From Eledone cirrhosa (lineage: Eukaryota), in the NCBI GenBank assembly GCA_964016885.1, contig OZ024753.1:10912001-10976000 (forward strand): a stretch of 64,000 nucleotides of DNA, read 5' to 3'. The notes below the pieces were generated by a model. That model saw nothing but the letters and a program-made list of their open reading frames with translations. It was not told the origin of the DNA and searched no databases. How positions within the stretch are numbered: the stretch's first letter is position 1; the number at the start of each line of letters is the position of its first letter. The translations under genes were made by a program, and so were the position numbers. Shown one piece after another: positions 26,631 to 40,371 of this stretch.

Positions 26631-27605
26631 CGGGATTCTTTTCTTTGTTTTTTGTGCAAATGCAATTTGGTGCAGGAAAATAGGGGTTTATATATATATA
26701 TATAAACCCCTATTTTCATGCACCAAATTACATTTGAACAGAAGCCCCCTAAATTCAATCCATATATGGACAAATTGACAATCACATTAATCATGTATAC
26801 CCTATCTCATTTTGCATATATGTACTGTATGTATTTTATGTATTTATTGGATATTTTTTGTGTATTTTATATCTGTGTGTTTTTGTTGGTTTTGTTCCAT
26901 GTGATGGACATTCTAACTGTGTACCCGGTTACCTACTACCTTTCATACTGTAAGTTACCCTCCGTTCTACTGTACTGTACTATCGTTCAGTATGTAGGTA
27001 ATATATCTGTAATACCCCTTTCCAAACTTCTTACTTAAACATCTCCCTACGTAGTAGATAGTATAGGTGCACATATTTTCTTACTCACTTCAATCTAGAT
27101 TCACACTTGTAAATTTTTTTAATTTTTAATTTTTAATTTTTAATTTTTAATTTTTAATTTTCGATTTTTAATTTTTAGTTTATTTTTCCAACTCTCATTC
27201 ATAATTTCCACTGTGAAACCATGATACCTAGAATTAAGTATATTTTCTCTTAGAGGTTGATGGTCAATTATACTGTCCATGCTTAATGTGGGGGTGGTAT
27301 TGAGACCTATTGATACTCACACTCTCCCAACCCCACTGGCTTTCGGCTGATTGGCACTAAGCTATATATTACAGGCCTGAATAGGTCATTGTTTGGTTGA
27401 GAAGGGGGGAACTCCCTAAGCGAATTTCGTTGAACTCTGCGGTAGCTAATGGTCAACTTCCTTCGGACCTGCGCCTGCGCAGACCGGTGGGGGTGAATTG
27501 GTACTCACAAGGGAACGGACGAAGAACCCGAGAGCACACACTTCATCCGTTCCCCTGTCGATTCAATTTGGATTGCCTCGGAAACATAACCTTATTATGT
27601 AACAA

Positions 27606-27679
27606 GCTGTCTGACGATCTCGCGACACTGGCGCACGGAACAGTGTGGCCACTGTCGCCGTTGAAATATATATCACAGC
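27606..27679 (+). ncRNA. Type I hammerhead ribozyme with long GC-rich stem II
   Basis: GCTGT-CTGACGA-..GCGACA.TGGC..GCCA.TGTCGC..-GAAA-TATATA-TC-ACAGC. Confidence 0.75.
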
Positions 27680-27681
27680 AT

Positions 27682-27865
27682 TGGATTGGCAGTTTGGTAG
27701 AGGGTCGGACACCATGCTTTGACGTATAGAGTTACGGCCCTTGCCATTCTGAGTTCAAATCCTGCCGAGGTGAACTTTGCCTTTCCTCCTTACGGGGTCG
27801 ATAAAATAAAGTACCAGTAATGTACTGGGTATTTGCTGGCCTTGTGCCAAAAGTAGAAACAATTA
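27682..27865 (+). mobile_element. SINE family A
   Basis: A/B boxes plus core. Confidence 0.85.
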
Positions 27866-28387
27866 TATATATATATATATATAGGGAAAGAGTCAGGACC
27901 CCGACGGCTGAGCTCCGGCCGTTTCGACAGCTAAATATTGAGTACTCTGGTGCGTTCTGGTCCACCTGGTATTTTACCACGCCCTCTTTGTTATATATAT
28001 ATATATCATATACACATACATACACACTCACACATACACACACACATATATATATATATATATACACACACATACACACGCACACACACATATATATATA
28101 TATATATAACACACACACATATATATACACACACACATATATATATATATACACACACACATATATATATATATATAAACACACACACATATATATACAC
28201 ACACACATATATATATATATATATACACACACACATATATATATATACACACACACACATATATATATATACACACACACATATATATATGTCAATACTC
28301 ATCTTTTTCCATTTCTCCGAGGGTTCTTAACCCCATTATCAGGCTAAATTATTTCTTTAGTCAAAATACGGCGATAGCTTATATTTC

Positions 28388-28452
<65 letters not shown>

Positions 28453-28455
<3 letters not shown>

Positions 28456-28862
28456 GAAGTTCTATTTAAATTGTTGGGATACAAGAAGCAAATATTTTTA
28501 TAACTGTTATAAAGCACTCAACAAATTATTGGAGTAAAAATACGATATTAACAAATGGAAACTATATTTATAAAACCATATTTATTTCATTACACATATT
28601 TCAAAGACACCAAGTTAAATTATGGTGTGCTTTCATCAGATAAAATATAATATAGATCAGTTTTATAAATAAATATTGACATACCCTTAAAGAATGGTCG
28701 CATTCTTTAAGGGTATGTCAATATTTATTTATAAAACTGCTGGATATTATATTTTATCTGATGAAAGCACACCATAATTTAACTTGGTGTCCTTGAAATA
28801 TGTATAATGAAATAAATATGGTTTTATAAATATAGTTTCCATTTGTTAATATATCGTATTTT
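28453..28862. mobile_element. TA-flanked palindromic PLE-like fragment; hammerheads at 28583-28647 (-) and 28750-28814 (+)
   Basis: Same family as 12447; palindrome centre 28697-28700; both arms carry CTGATGA..GAAA. Confidence 0.8.
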
Positions 28863-29298
28863 TATATATATGTATGTATGTATACATACCTACATATACC
28901 ATAAATTGTGAGAGCCATTATTTTTATAGCAACCCTGAACGAGGCATTAATTGTTTGTTTGGGTATCATTTTACCTGAGAAATTATAGTTTTATGCGAGA
29001 AGTTATTCGATATATATATCAACATATCTTTTTCTTGCAGGCTGGAGCTTTTTTCAAGAACGTCTTGTGAGTTTGACAACGATGAATGGGGGGTCGGGGA
29101 GCCTGATTAAACTGTCTTGTGTAAGATTCCTGCATAACCTGAAGATATACAATTAGTTCTCTCTTTATTCTTCTTTTTCTATGCCCAGTTCTATTTTTAC
29201 CTGTGAGCTATGTCTGCAATTAAAATCAAGATCGTTCTTGCAATCTGAATATCTTATTCTAAGGGTCCATTATTAATAAGCTCCTTATTAATAATAAG

Positions 29299-29720
29299 GG
29301 TGGTGGATTGGCAGTATCGGTAGAGGGTCGGACACCATGCTTTGCAACATGGAGTTATGACCCTTTACGTTCTGAGTTCAAATCCCGCCGAGGTTAACTT
29401 TGCCCTTCATCCTTACAGGGTCGATAAAATAAAGTACCAGTGATACACTGGGATAATTGCTGGCCTTGTGCCAAAAGTAGAAACAATTATTAATAAGCTC
29501 CTTCAGGGCGGTGGATTGGCAATATCGGTAGAGGGTCGGACGCCATGCTTTGCAGCATAGAGTTACGGCCCTTTATGTGTTCAAATCCCACCGAGGTTAA
29601 CTTTGCCTTTCATCCTTACGGGATCGATAAAATAAAGTACCAGTCAGGCAGTGGGGTCGATTTAACCGACTTCCCCTCCCCCAAAAATTGCTGGACTTGT
29701 GCCTATATGAAAAACCATTA
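29299..29720 (+). mobile_element. SINE family A tandem pair (short form then long form)
   Basis: ATTATTAATAAGCTCCTT or a near match occurs before, between and after the copies (TSD-like). Confidence 0.85.
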
Positions 29721-30214
29721 ATAAGCTCCTTCAAAGTGTCCCTCTCATTTTTGTATCACAAATCTGATTTGTGATACAAAGAAGAAGAAGAAGAAGAAGA
29801 AGAAGGCGAAGAAGGCGAAGAATTCTTAGAGAATGAGACAAAAATAAACCCTCCAAAAAACTAGAATCCGGCGGGAAATAGGGATAGTCTATATCGTATA
29901 AATATATTATAATAATCTCGTAAAATTTGAAGAATTTTAGAGAAGGCCTTGCCTGTTACGTCACACCAAATCTCATTCTAAGAAGAACATACCGTAACCT
30001 TATTTTGGGAAAATGATATTAGGCTCGATAGTTTTATTTACGAAATCTCTGTAATTATGTTTAACACTTTCCCACATGTTTACCATTTCACAATCCCAAT
30101 TTTAATTCCATCTACATGTGGTGAGTAAAACGAAACCCTGTATGCAATATATATATTTTGTTGCATTCTCAAATTCCTTCGGCGAAAGTGTTTTTCCGGA
30201 AGTCACCGACTTGC

Positions 30215-30852
30215 AAAATACTCAACCGAATCATTAACTGCATCAAACTCACGGGTCACTATGGTTCAAAGTGCCTGGGAAGGCCACGGGCACTACCTCT
30301 GTTTGCAGTTGAAATAATGTTTGCAATAACACAAAGGAAATAAATACTCAAGCGAATCATTAACCGCATCAATATCACAGGACAAAATGTTTCAAAGTAC
30401 CTGGGAAGGCCACGAGCACTACCCCTGTCTACAAATGAAGTAATGTTTGCAAAAACACCAAGGAAATAAATACTCAAGCGAATCCTTATCCGCATCAATA
30501 TCACAGGACAAAATGTTTCAAAGTACCTGGGAAGGCCACGAGCACTACCCCTGTCTACAAATGAAGTAATGTTTGCAAAAACACCAAGGAAATAAATACT
30601 CAAGCGAATCCTTATCCGCATCAATATCACAGGACAAAATGTTTCAAAGTACCTGGGAAGGCCACGAGCACTACCCCTGTCTACAAATGAAGTAATGTTT
30701 GCAAAAACACCAAGGAAATAAATACTCAAGCGAATCCTTATCCGCATCAATATCACAGGACAAAATGTTTCAAAGTACCTGGGAAGGCCACGAGCACTAC
30801 GCCTGTCTACAAATGAAGTGATCTTAGCAATAACATCAAGGAAATAAATACC
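30215..30852 (+). repeat. 126-bp tandem repeat (~5 copies), possibly from a Tc1-like transposase N-terminus
   Basis: Period 126 (30345, 30471, 30597, 30723); unit translates ..RINITGQNVSKYLGRPRALP.. Confidence 0.8.
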
Positions 30853-30868
30853 AGTTTTTTAAAAAAAG

Positions 30869-30905
<37 letters not shown>

Positions 30906-31286
30906 CAGTATAGGTTTAGCGTTACAGTTTAAATGGTTTGATAAATGCAGCCGCCAATGAGAAGATTAAAAGGGAGTATTTTCATGGTGGCTGCTCGCTG
31001 TGGAACAAATAAGGGCCAAATCCATTTAAGTAACGCCAACTACTTTTATACGGAATGACAAGTTCTATCCAGTGGTGAACCACGAACTTCAATATATATA
31101 TGAAAAGATTCAGGACCCCAACGGCTGAGCTCCGGCCGTTTCGACAGCTAGATCGGATATAGCTGTCGAAATGGCCGGAGCTCAGCCGTCGGGATCCTAA
31201 CTCTTTTCCTATTACCCACTCTACTACCCTAAGTATCGAGTACTCTGGTGCGTTATTGTCCACCTCGTATCTTAGCACACTTTCTT

Positions 31287-31371
<85 letters not shown>

Positions 31372-31501
31372 GTAAATTCTTTTGTTAATTAACCTGTTTA
31401 GATTGCTTCGTTTTAGTCCATTGAGCGCTTGTCGCATACCCCGAGGATTGCGTTTCGTTTTGTTTTTGGCCCCCGCCGAAATTATATTTGTGTATATATA
31501 T

Positions 31502-31532
<31 letters not shown>

Positions 31533-31534
<2 letters not shown>

Positions 31535-32205
31535 GAATAAATTTAGTCCATCATCAGTGATCTTCAGCCTTCATTGGTATTTCATCGCTTTAAAGGCCAT
31601 ATACCTCTGGTTGGTGCCAGCAACGGCTAAAGAAAGTCGTTGGGACACGTAAATAGGGGCAACGAGCGAGACAGTAAACAAATAAAGATGGTAATGCAAC
31701 GAAAAGTGAGGAAGAAGGAGTCAAGTCCCTGAAATCGATGAACATAAGTTCTGTGAAATCGTAGACGAGAGAGAATAAAGACCATCCGACCTGGTCGAAG
31801 TGTGAGTGAGGAAAGAATCTCGCACAGGTCAAACGGGAGGAAGTAGGAGAGGGAGTAGCAGAGAGTGAGTGAGTGAGTGAAAGTGTGAGGAAGAGGGTAA
31901 CAGAGAGAGTGACTGGTAGAGGGGTAAAAGGAAGTGAGAGATACAGAGAAAAGGGGAAGCAGTAAGAAAGAAACGGACGGGTCACAGCGGAGGAAAATAT
32001 ATATGAAAAATATGAAAACATGGCGTGCTGCGTGGTTGCAAATGGGTTACATATGAATAAATTTAGTCCTTCATCAGTGATCTTCCAGCCTTCATTGGTA
32101 TTTCATCGCTTTAACGACCATATACCTTTGGTTGGTGCGAGCAACGGCTAAAGAAAGTCGTTGGGACACGTAAATATGGGGAACGTGCGAGACAATAAAC
32201 AAATA
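31533..32205 (-). mobile_element. TA-flanked element with a partial tandem terminal duplication (pLTR-like)
   Basis: 31533-31685 repeated at 32053-32205; homologues at 26333, 42405 and 54948-55320. Confidence 0.6.
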
Positions 32206-33395
32206 TATATATATATATATATTTAATACAATAACAGAGAAAGCTTTAAGCTAAACTCCGACTGGTAACCATCTCACTCAACAAACATTAGGTTATACGT
32301 TAGTATAATCCCAATTTAGTGTTTGGGGTGCTAACTATATGTATTTTGTGGAAAGCTAGTTGTATTATTTTATATGAGATATAATTAAAGTTAAAATATA
32401 TATATATTTATATATAGTAGAATAATCGAGAATCGGAAAAACAGCTTACGAATTAACGATAAACAATATCCGATATGTGGGGCAGAGGGCTCAATAATTT
32501 GGATAAATCAGAGCTATAACTATCATTAAAATACCAACACATAGAAATCATGTCTAAAATCACCCGTACAGCCGAAAAAGAACGACCAGGAAGATTCGTG
32601 TCACTCAAATAAAATATCAATAAATCAATAAATTAAATGAACCTATCTGACTTAATTATTTTACATTACTCCGGAGTAACCAAACCAACCTGCGTACTTC
32701 GCCGAGTGCTCCAATCTGCATACTGAGGAGTCGGTAAACAACCAACATATACTCAATATATATATATATATATAAAAGAAGGTCGAGGCCCGACGGCTGA
32801 GCTCATGCTGTTTCAACAGCTAGTTTCCAGACGTCTGGAATTGAGAACAGATATCCAGAGAATATTTTGAATTACACGTCTGTTCGATCACTGATGACTA
32901 AACACCAAATATAACAGCAACAACAACAACAAGGTGGAATAGTCTTAGAATCCTTTTAACACAGCTCAGTTCGATCAATGATGACTAAACAACAACAACG
33001 TCAACAACAACAACAACAACAACGTCGATTGGATTGTCATAGATAGAATACTTTGATCTTAGGTCTAATCGATCAATGGTGACTAAACGCAAACATCTAC
33101 CAGATATGTGTATGCGTGTGTGTGTGGGCCTGTGTGTGGGCCTGTGTGTGTGTGGGCCTGTGTGTGTGTGGGTCTGTGTGTGTGGGTCTGTGTGTGTGTG
33201 GGTCTGTGTGCATGTGTCTGTATGTGCCTGTGTGTGCCTGTGTGTGTCTCTGTGTGTGTGTCTGTCTGTATGTATGTGTGTGTCTGTGTTTGTCTGTACG
33301 TGTGTGTGTGTCTCTGTGTGTGTCTGTCTGTACGTATGTGTCTGTTTCTCTGTGTGTGTGTCTGTGTGTGTGTGTGTGTGTGTGTACGTGTGTGT

Positions 33396-33448
<53 letters not shown>

Positions 33449-33557
33449 CAAGAATGCAGGCCCAAACATAATTCCGAAAACAGTACCCCTTGAGTCAGGC
33501 GTGTGCTCACGAATACATGTCCCTACCATATTTGAGAAAACAGTACCACCTGACTCA

Positions 33558-33629
<72 letters not shown>

Positions 33630-34372
33630 GATCTGCGTGTATGTGTGTATGTTTGTCTGCGTGTGTGTGTGTGTCCGTGTGTCTGTGTCAGTGTGTGTCC
33701 ATGTGTGTCCAAGTGTCTGTGTGTGTGTCCGTGTGTGTGTGTGTCCGTGTGTGTGTGTGTCCATGTGTGTCCATGTGTCTGTGTGTGTGCGCGTATGTGT
33801 ATGTCTGTGTCTGTGCGCGTGTGTGTGTCACGTAAACATGTCCCTACCATATTTCAGACAACAGACAACAGACGACAGACAATAGACGGCAGTACCACCT
33901 GAGTCAGAAACACTGCGAGAAGACACTTGATATTAGCTTCTACTTAAACCAACCAAGTTATGATTAGATTCTTTAAGAGGACACAAGATATACAGATGAC
34001 ATGTCTGCGGGGTTTATTGGGAAAAGGGTTTCAAAGAGTTCGAATATCTTTGTTGTTGAATAACTTGAGGATATGTTGGTTGTTGTTGTCTTTGCCGGAA
34101 AATTCTTTTACTAACTCCTTTTATCTGTTTGATACCATTTTAATCTGTTTGATACCATTTGAGTTTGAGAATGTGACAAGAGAATCGGATCATCCCCGTC
34201 AAGAAACGATATGTAACGAGATTGTCAGCCATAGTTAATGTTGTGTGTTGTGTGTTGTGTCGTATAGTAGTATAGTAGTATAGCAACAGAATCACATACA
34301 ACACTGACATATACACACATATACACTGTAGATATACTTACACACACACACACATACACATTATAGATATAC

Positions 34373-34416
<44 letters not shown>

Positions 34417-35859
34417 TGTAGATATACTTACACAGTCACACACACACACTGTAGAGACACACACACGCACTGTAGACACATACACACACTGTAGACACAC
34501 ACACACTGTAGAGACACACACACTGTAGAGACACACACATATACTGTAGATACACTCACACACACTGTAGAGTCATACACACACTGTAGACACACACACT
34601 GTATACACACACACACACTGTAGACACACACACACACACACACACTGTAGAGACACACACAGACACTGCAGAGACACACACACACACACTGTAGACACAT
34701 ACACACACACTATAGAGACACTCACACACTGTAGAGTCATGCACATACACACTGTAGACACACACACACACACTGTAGAGACATACACACACTGTATACA
34801 CACACACACACACACACACACTGTATACACATGCACATACTGTAGAGACATACACACACTGTATACATACACACACACACTATACACACACTGTAGAGAC
34901 ACTCCCCTCTACTAAAGGTCTCCACTGACAGGGTTATATGTGTTATAATTTCCCAGTTCCAGGTTATGGAAAGAGGTTGTGGTGAATCTTTGGAATAGTG
35001 CTTAATAAATATTGTTGGCCCTAATAGTTGCTCCAATGTTCTAAAGTGGCCCCACAATGGAACATGTTGCACACCCCTGCTTCAGATAGATATACAGACA
35101 GACAGACAAATTTCTGTTTATTTGCCACGAGGGCACAAAAGAAAGGGACATGCACATGGGGGGGGGGGGGAGTTTACATATAAATCGAGTAAGAAAAAAT
35201 GTAATAAATAAAATTGTAACAAGAAGGTCCTCAATAGGGAGGGGTCGTTTTGGGACAGACAAATATATAGACAGACAGACAGGCAAGCAGACAGGCAAGC
35301 AGATAGACAGACAGACAGACAAATAGATAACTTTCTTTTTATTTGCCACCAGGGCATCAAAAAGTGGAACAAGTACAATGGGGAGAGTTTACATAAAATG
35401 GCGTCCTCAATAAGGAGGGGGCAATAACAAAATATTAAAAATAATATATAAAATATAAAAATATAAAATATAAAAATATAAAATATAAAATATAAAAATA
35501 TAAAATATAAAAATATAAAATATAAAATATAAAATATAAAATATAACAAAAATAAATTGAATGACAAAATCCTCAATAGGGAGGAGGCGCCTTGGAGGGG
35601 GGGGGGTCGCACACAGCCCCGAATAGATAGACAGACTGGCAGACAGGCAGACAGACAGGCAGACAGAGAGGCAGATAGTATGCTGTATAAATCAGAGAAA
35701 GAAGACTCAATATATGAAGAGTAATGTTTTGTTCTAGCCATGGAACTATCCCAGTGACTCAAGGAAGAGGTGGAGTTTCATGGCTAGAAGTATGGTTTTG
35801 TAATTTATCTAACATGAATGCACCTTCCCCCGAAAATAACTGAAATCAACCGCTGCACC

Positions 35860-36570
35860 ACCACCACCAGTCCAACCCACCACCACAAGTCCAACCCACC
35901 ACCACCACACCACCACCAGTCCAACCCACCACCATCACCACCAGTCCAACCCACCACCACCACCACCACCAGTCCAACCGCTGCACCACCACACCACCAC
36001 CAGTCCAACCGCTACACCACCACCAGTCCAACCGCTACACCACCACCAGTCCAACCCACCACCACCACCATTCCAACCCACCACCACCACCACACCACCA
36101 CCACCATTCCAACCCACCACCACCACCATTCCAACCCACCACCACCACCCCACCACCAGTCCAACCGCTGCACCACCACCAGTCCAACCCACCACCACCA
36201 CCAGTCCAATCCACCACCACCACACCACCACCAGTCCAACCCACCACCACCACACCACCACCAGTCCAACCCACCACCACCAGTCCAACCCACCACCACC
36301 ACACCACCACCAGTCCAACCCACCACCACCAGTCCAACCCACCACCACCACACCACCACCAGTCCAACCCACCACCACCACCACCAGTCCAACTCACCAC
36401 CAGTCCAACCCACCACCACCAGTCCAACCCACCACCACCACACCACCACCATTCCAACCCACCACCACCAGTCCAACCCACCACCACACCACCACCATTC
36501 CAACCCACCACCACCACCAGTCCAACCCACCACCACCACCACCCCACCACCACCAGTCCAACCCACCCCA
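35860..36570. repeat. (CCA)n-CAGTCCAAC minisatellite
   Basis: Direct observation. Confidence 0.9.
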
Positions 36571-36903
36571 TACCAGAACTATCTCACACTATGATATTGC
36601 CACCAAACGTCTTCCTTTACCTCTCCTCAACAACCTTTCCAACAGAGTCTCCCACAGTGTTTCCGACTTCTCCATTAAGATGACGTCATTTCCTCTTTCT
36701 GTCTCAACACATTCATTTTCCTATTTAAGCGCCCGCAATCACTGAGACCTTCCCGTCCGCAACTCTTTTCCCCTTGGGACACCACCCGGCTCTTTCTATT
36801 TCTCACATTGCCACACCTGTCCCCACACACACATACATCTTGCCCCCTCCACACACTCACACACCGACACCATAAAATAAAGTACATTTACTCTCAGATT
36901 TAC

Positions 36904-37117
36904 GAAGGCGTGTGGCTGAGTGGTAAGAGAATTGGATTCGCAATCGTGAGGTTGTGAGTTCGATTCCTGGACCAGACGATGCGTTATGTCCTTGAGCAAG
37001 GCACTTTATTTCACGTTGCTCCTTCTAGCTGAAGTTGCAACCGATAGATAGTACTAGCAATTGGAAAGACCAACGGAAACATTGTTTCCTCGGTCCAATT
37101 TGACGAAAGTCGATCGA
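36904..37117 (+). mobile_element. SINE family B
   Basis: Reverse complement of 22560-22773. Confidence 0.85.
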
Positions 37118-37352
37118 CTGTCGATACAATCATTTACCAACACAAATCATTTCTACGCACACTAACACATATTTGCACCGAAACACACGCAAACCCCAGT
37201 AAATACGCACACAAAACCCCAATTATGCATGGTCATAAACACCATACCATAAGAGATTTTACCCTCCCCTTCTATACCCCTCACAAATGCCTACACACAC
37301 ACAACACACAACACACACACACGCGCACAAAATCTAACACACTTTTTTTATA

Positions 37353-37516
37353 CCGTATTTCCCGGCGCCGAAGACGCTTCGTCCTCGAGAGCGCACCCTA
37401 ATTTTTACAACCCAAAAATTTAAAAAAAAAAAAAAAAAACCTCCAGGACGCATGGTAGATGTTTTTTTAGACATATTTTAGGAAAAAAGTAGGGTCCTCG
37501 ACGCCGGGAAATACGG
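37353..37516. mobile_element. Tc2/pogo-like MITE with TA TSD
   Basis: Perfect 15-bp TIR CCGTATTTCCCGGCG / CGCCGGGAAATACGG flanked by TA; extra solo TIR at 37594-37608. Confidence 0.75.
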
Positions 37517-38098
37517 TAACACATAAGCTGCAAATTTATGAATTTGTACCACCAACCCAACCCAACCAACTGTAACGACATGACACACACACACGCCGGG
37601 AAATACGGTACATACTTTCCCACGGGAATACTACACACATGAACACCCAAACACAAAAATCTCCACATGAATGTCTTCCGCCTATCTCTCTCTCTCTATA
37701 AATATGTATGTATGTGTTTCTCATATGTGTATCTTTAGATATGTATATATATATATCTATCAATATACAAGTTGTTTGCAATAATCTAAACGCAACATTT
37801 TCCCCAAAATATAACCATGTTAATTCACCCCAGACAACCGGCACACCTCAATACATACATTGTTCTCACCTAATTACCTTTCTTTTCCAACCTTTTCCCG
37901 CCCAAAGTCATTTTCCATCTGACGTTTTTTTTTTTTTAAAAGAAAACTGACGTTGGACTAAACGTTCCCCCCCCCCCCCCCCAACACACACACCTCTAGT
38001 CCCTCTCTCTCTTCCTCTGTCCGAATTTTTCATCCTTCCTAAGAATCTTTCAATATTTTACTTTTTGATATAGAGCTAACATTCTCAAAGTTAAGACA

Positions 38099-38795
38099 TC
38101 TATCTACTTATATATATAACCAGCAATTTCTCTGTCTGTCTGTCCGACAGTGGAAGCACGTGCGTAGAGAGAGAGTGAGAGTGAAAGAAAGAGACAGACT
38201 ACGAGAGGGGGATAGCGGGAGGGAGAGAGAGAGAGAGTGAATAGACGCTAAAACACGTGCTACAGAAACATTACCTTCCCCTCTCCACTGACTTTGGTCA
38301 CTGAGGCCGAGGGAATCGCGCTGAGCGCGTCATAATGACGTAATGCAGACATACAGACAGATATTATAAGGGCGCAACGTTATATCTATGTATCTATCTA
38401 AAAAGAAAGACTAAGAATTATATAGAGAGAACGCTAAATCACCTAATGCGGTCCCTAGGGCATTGAAAATTTGAAATAATATTTGCTCAAAACACTCACA
38501 GGACCATAAGTATTACATGTCTAAAGTTTGAAAACAATCGGTTGGATGGTTCTCAAGTTTTAGTGAGCTGACAGACAGACAGACATTCTCTGTTTTAGAT
38601 ATATAGACTAGCAGAAAACCGCCCCCGGGTGGTTTTCTGCTAGTCTTCTATATATATAGTACTAAAAGTCTGTGATTGCTTGCTTGCTTGTCTGTAATGT
38701 AATACAGCCAAAAGGATGCGTAATGGGAAAATACTTTGAAAGGAAGTTGACCCTAAAATGGGAATACAAATGGAATAAAACAAGTTTCGCGTAAA
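38099..38795. mobile_element. Cluster of non-autonomous Helitron-like ends
   Basis: TCTAT..TATATAA..(GTCT)n 5'-end signatures on both strands (38099 +, ~38608 -, ~38646 +) and a CTAG-terminated hairpin at 38608-38643. Confidence 0.55.
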
Positions 38796-39055
38796 TCAGA
38801 CCACGGGTTCCCGAGATTTGGGGTTTTTCCGGGTAGCTTCATAAATAGAGAGAGAGAGAAAAAGAGATAGTGGTTGTGACAGAGTAGATTGAAAGAGAGA
38901 CATATAGAGAGGGAGAGGTGATAGAGAAGCAGAATGGAAGAGAGAGCTGGTGGTGGTGGTGTTGTATATGTGAGTGTATGTGTATATGTGTGCGTGTGTC
39001 TTTGACCAGTGCATATAGATCACAGACACTCACATATACATACACACACACACAG

Positions 39056-39098
<43 letters not shown>

Positions 39099-39118
39099 AT
39101 ACACACACATATATACAT

Positions 39119-39168
<50 letters not shown>

Positions 39169-39459
39169 GCCTTCCAGTTTCATTTCACATTATATACATG
39201 TCTGTGTATATTTTTATTATTTAAAAATTATTTTTAAGTGAACATGATTTAAAAAAAATATTTTGGACTTCAGATCTAACTGTTGAAACGGCTGGAGTTC
39301 TGCCGCCGGGGTCCTGACTCTTTTCCTATTACCCACTCTACTACCCTAAGTATCGATTACTCTGGTACGTTATGGTTCATCTGGTATCCTACCACATACA
39401 TATATATTACCACAAATTAAAAGTTGAAATAAGATCTGTCTGCTTTCACCCAGAGTATG

Positions 39460-39515
<56 letters not shown>

Positions 39516-39635
39516 TATAGACATAGAATATTCGAAAATATTCTGTATGTTTATAATAAACATTTTGAAGACCTAATCGCTATAGAATAGAATACGTCAC
39601 GTATTACAATTAGATTCTCGATAAAAGCAAGGGAA

Positions 39636-39678
39636 GTAATCTACGCGTTTCATTCTCGTTAGAAATCATCAGGACTAC
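39636..39678 (-). ncRNA. Minimal type I hammerhead (inverted copy)
   Basis: Reverse complement of GTAGTC-CTGATGA-TTTCTAACGAGAAT-GAAA-CGCG-TA-GATTAC. Confidence 0.85.
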
Positions 39679-39708
39679 ATATCCAGTGCTTTTATCGAGA
39701 ATGGATAT

Positions 39709-39751
39709 GTAGTCCTGATGATTTCTAACGAGAATGAAACGCGTAGATTAC
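39709..39751 (+). ncRNA. Minimal type I hammerhead, unit 1
   Basis: GTAGTC-CTGATGA-TTTCT AACG AGAAT-GAAA-CGCG-TA-GATTAC; palindromic ACGCGT stem III; predicted cleavage after 39745. Confidence 0.9.
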
Positions 39752-40018
39752 TTCCCTTGCTTTTATCGAGAATCTAATTGTAATACGTGACGTATTCTAT
39801 TCTATAGCGATTAGGTCTTCAAAATGTTTATTATAAACATACAGAATATTTTCGAATATTCTATGTCTATATTCACATATATATCGCTATTTCAGAGCAT
39901 TTATTCCAATTTCTAATTTCTGCCGGACCGGCAACCGCTCTTTCAAACCAGTTCCTGTACACAGCTAAGTATTCTATAAGTCTCTAGCTGTGTCATTCTC
40001 GATAAAAGCACTGGATAT

Positions 40019-40061
40019 GTAGTCCTGATGATTTCTAACGAGAATGAAACGCGTAGATTAC
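40019..40061 (+). ncRNA. Minimal type I hammerhead, unit 2
   Basis: Identical to unit 1; predicted cleavage after 40055. Confidence 0.9.
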
Positions 40062-40328
40062 TTCCCTTGCTTTTATCGAGAATCTAATTGTAATACGTGA
40101 CGTATTCTATTCTATAGCGATTAGGTCTTCAAAATGTTTATTATAAACATACAGAATATTTTCGAATATTCTATGTCTATATTCACATATATATCGCTAT
40201 TTCAGAGCATTTATTCCAATTTCTAATTTCTGCCGGACCGGCAACCGCTCTTTCAAACCAGTTCCTGTACACAGCTAAGTATTCTATAAGTCTCTAGCTG
40301 TGTCATTCTCGATAAAAGCACTGGATAT

Positions 40329-40371
40329 GTAGTCCTGATGATTTCTAACGAGAATGAAACGCGTAGATTAC
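40329..40371 (+). ncRNA. Minimal type I hammerhead, unit 3
   Basis: Identical to unit 1; predicted cleavage after 40365. Confidence 0.9.

Noticed and set aside
29041-29066. 26-nt microexon (TTCTTGCAG|...|GTGAGT)
   Set aside because: Splice-like signals alone are common by chance; no supporting neighbours
30259-30756. 165-aa minus-strand repeat protein
   Set aside because: Open only because the unit is a multiple of 3 and lacks stops in that frame; no ATG start or recognisable domain
33481-33907. Three CAGTACC.C.TGA(G/C)TCAG copies as AP-1 sites
   Set aside because: Explained by local duplication among (TG)n tracts; no evidence of regulatory function
35066-35079. hAT-like TIR (CAGGGGTGTGCAAC on the minus strand)
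   Set aside because: No partner TIR or 8-bp TSD found
36904-36975. tRNA gene
   Set aside because: A and B boxes are present but it is the head of a multi-copy SINE with no complete acceptor stem
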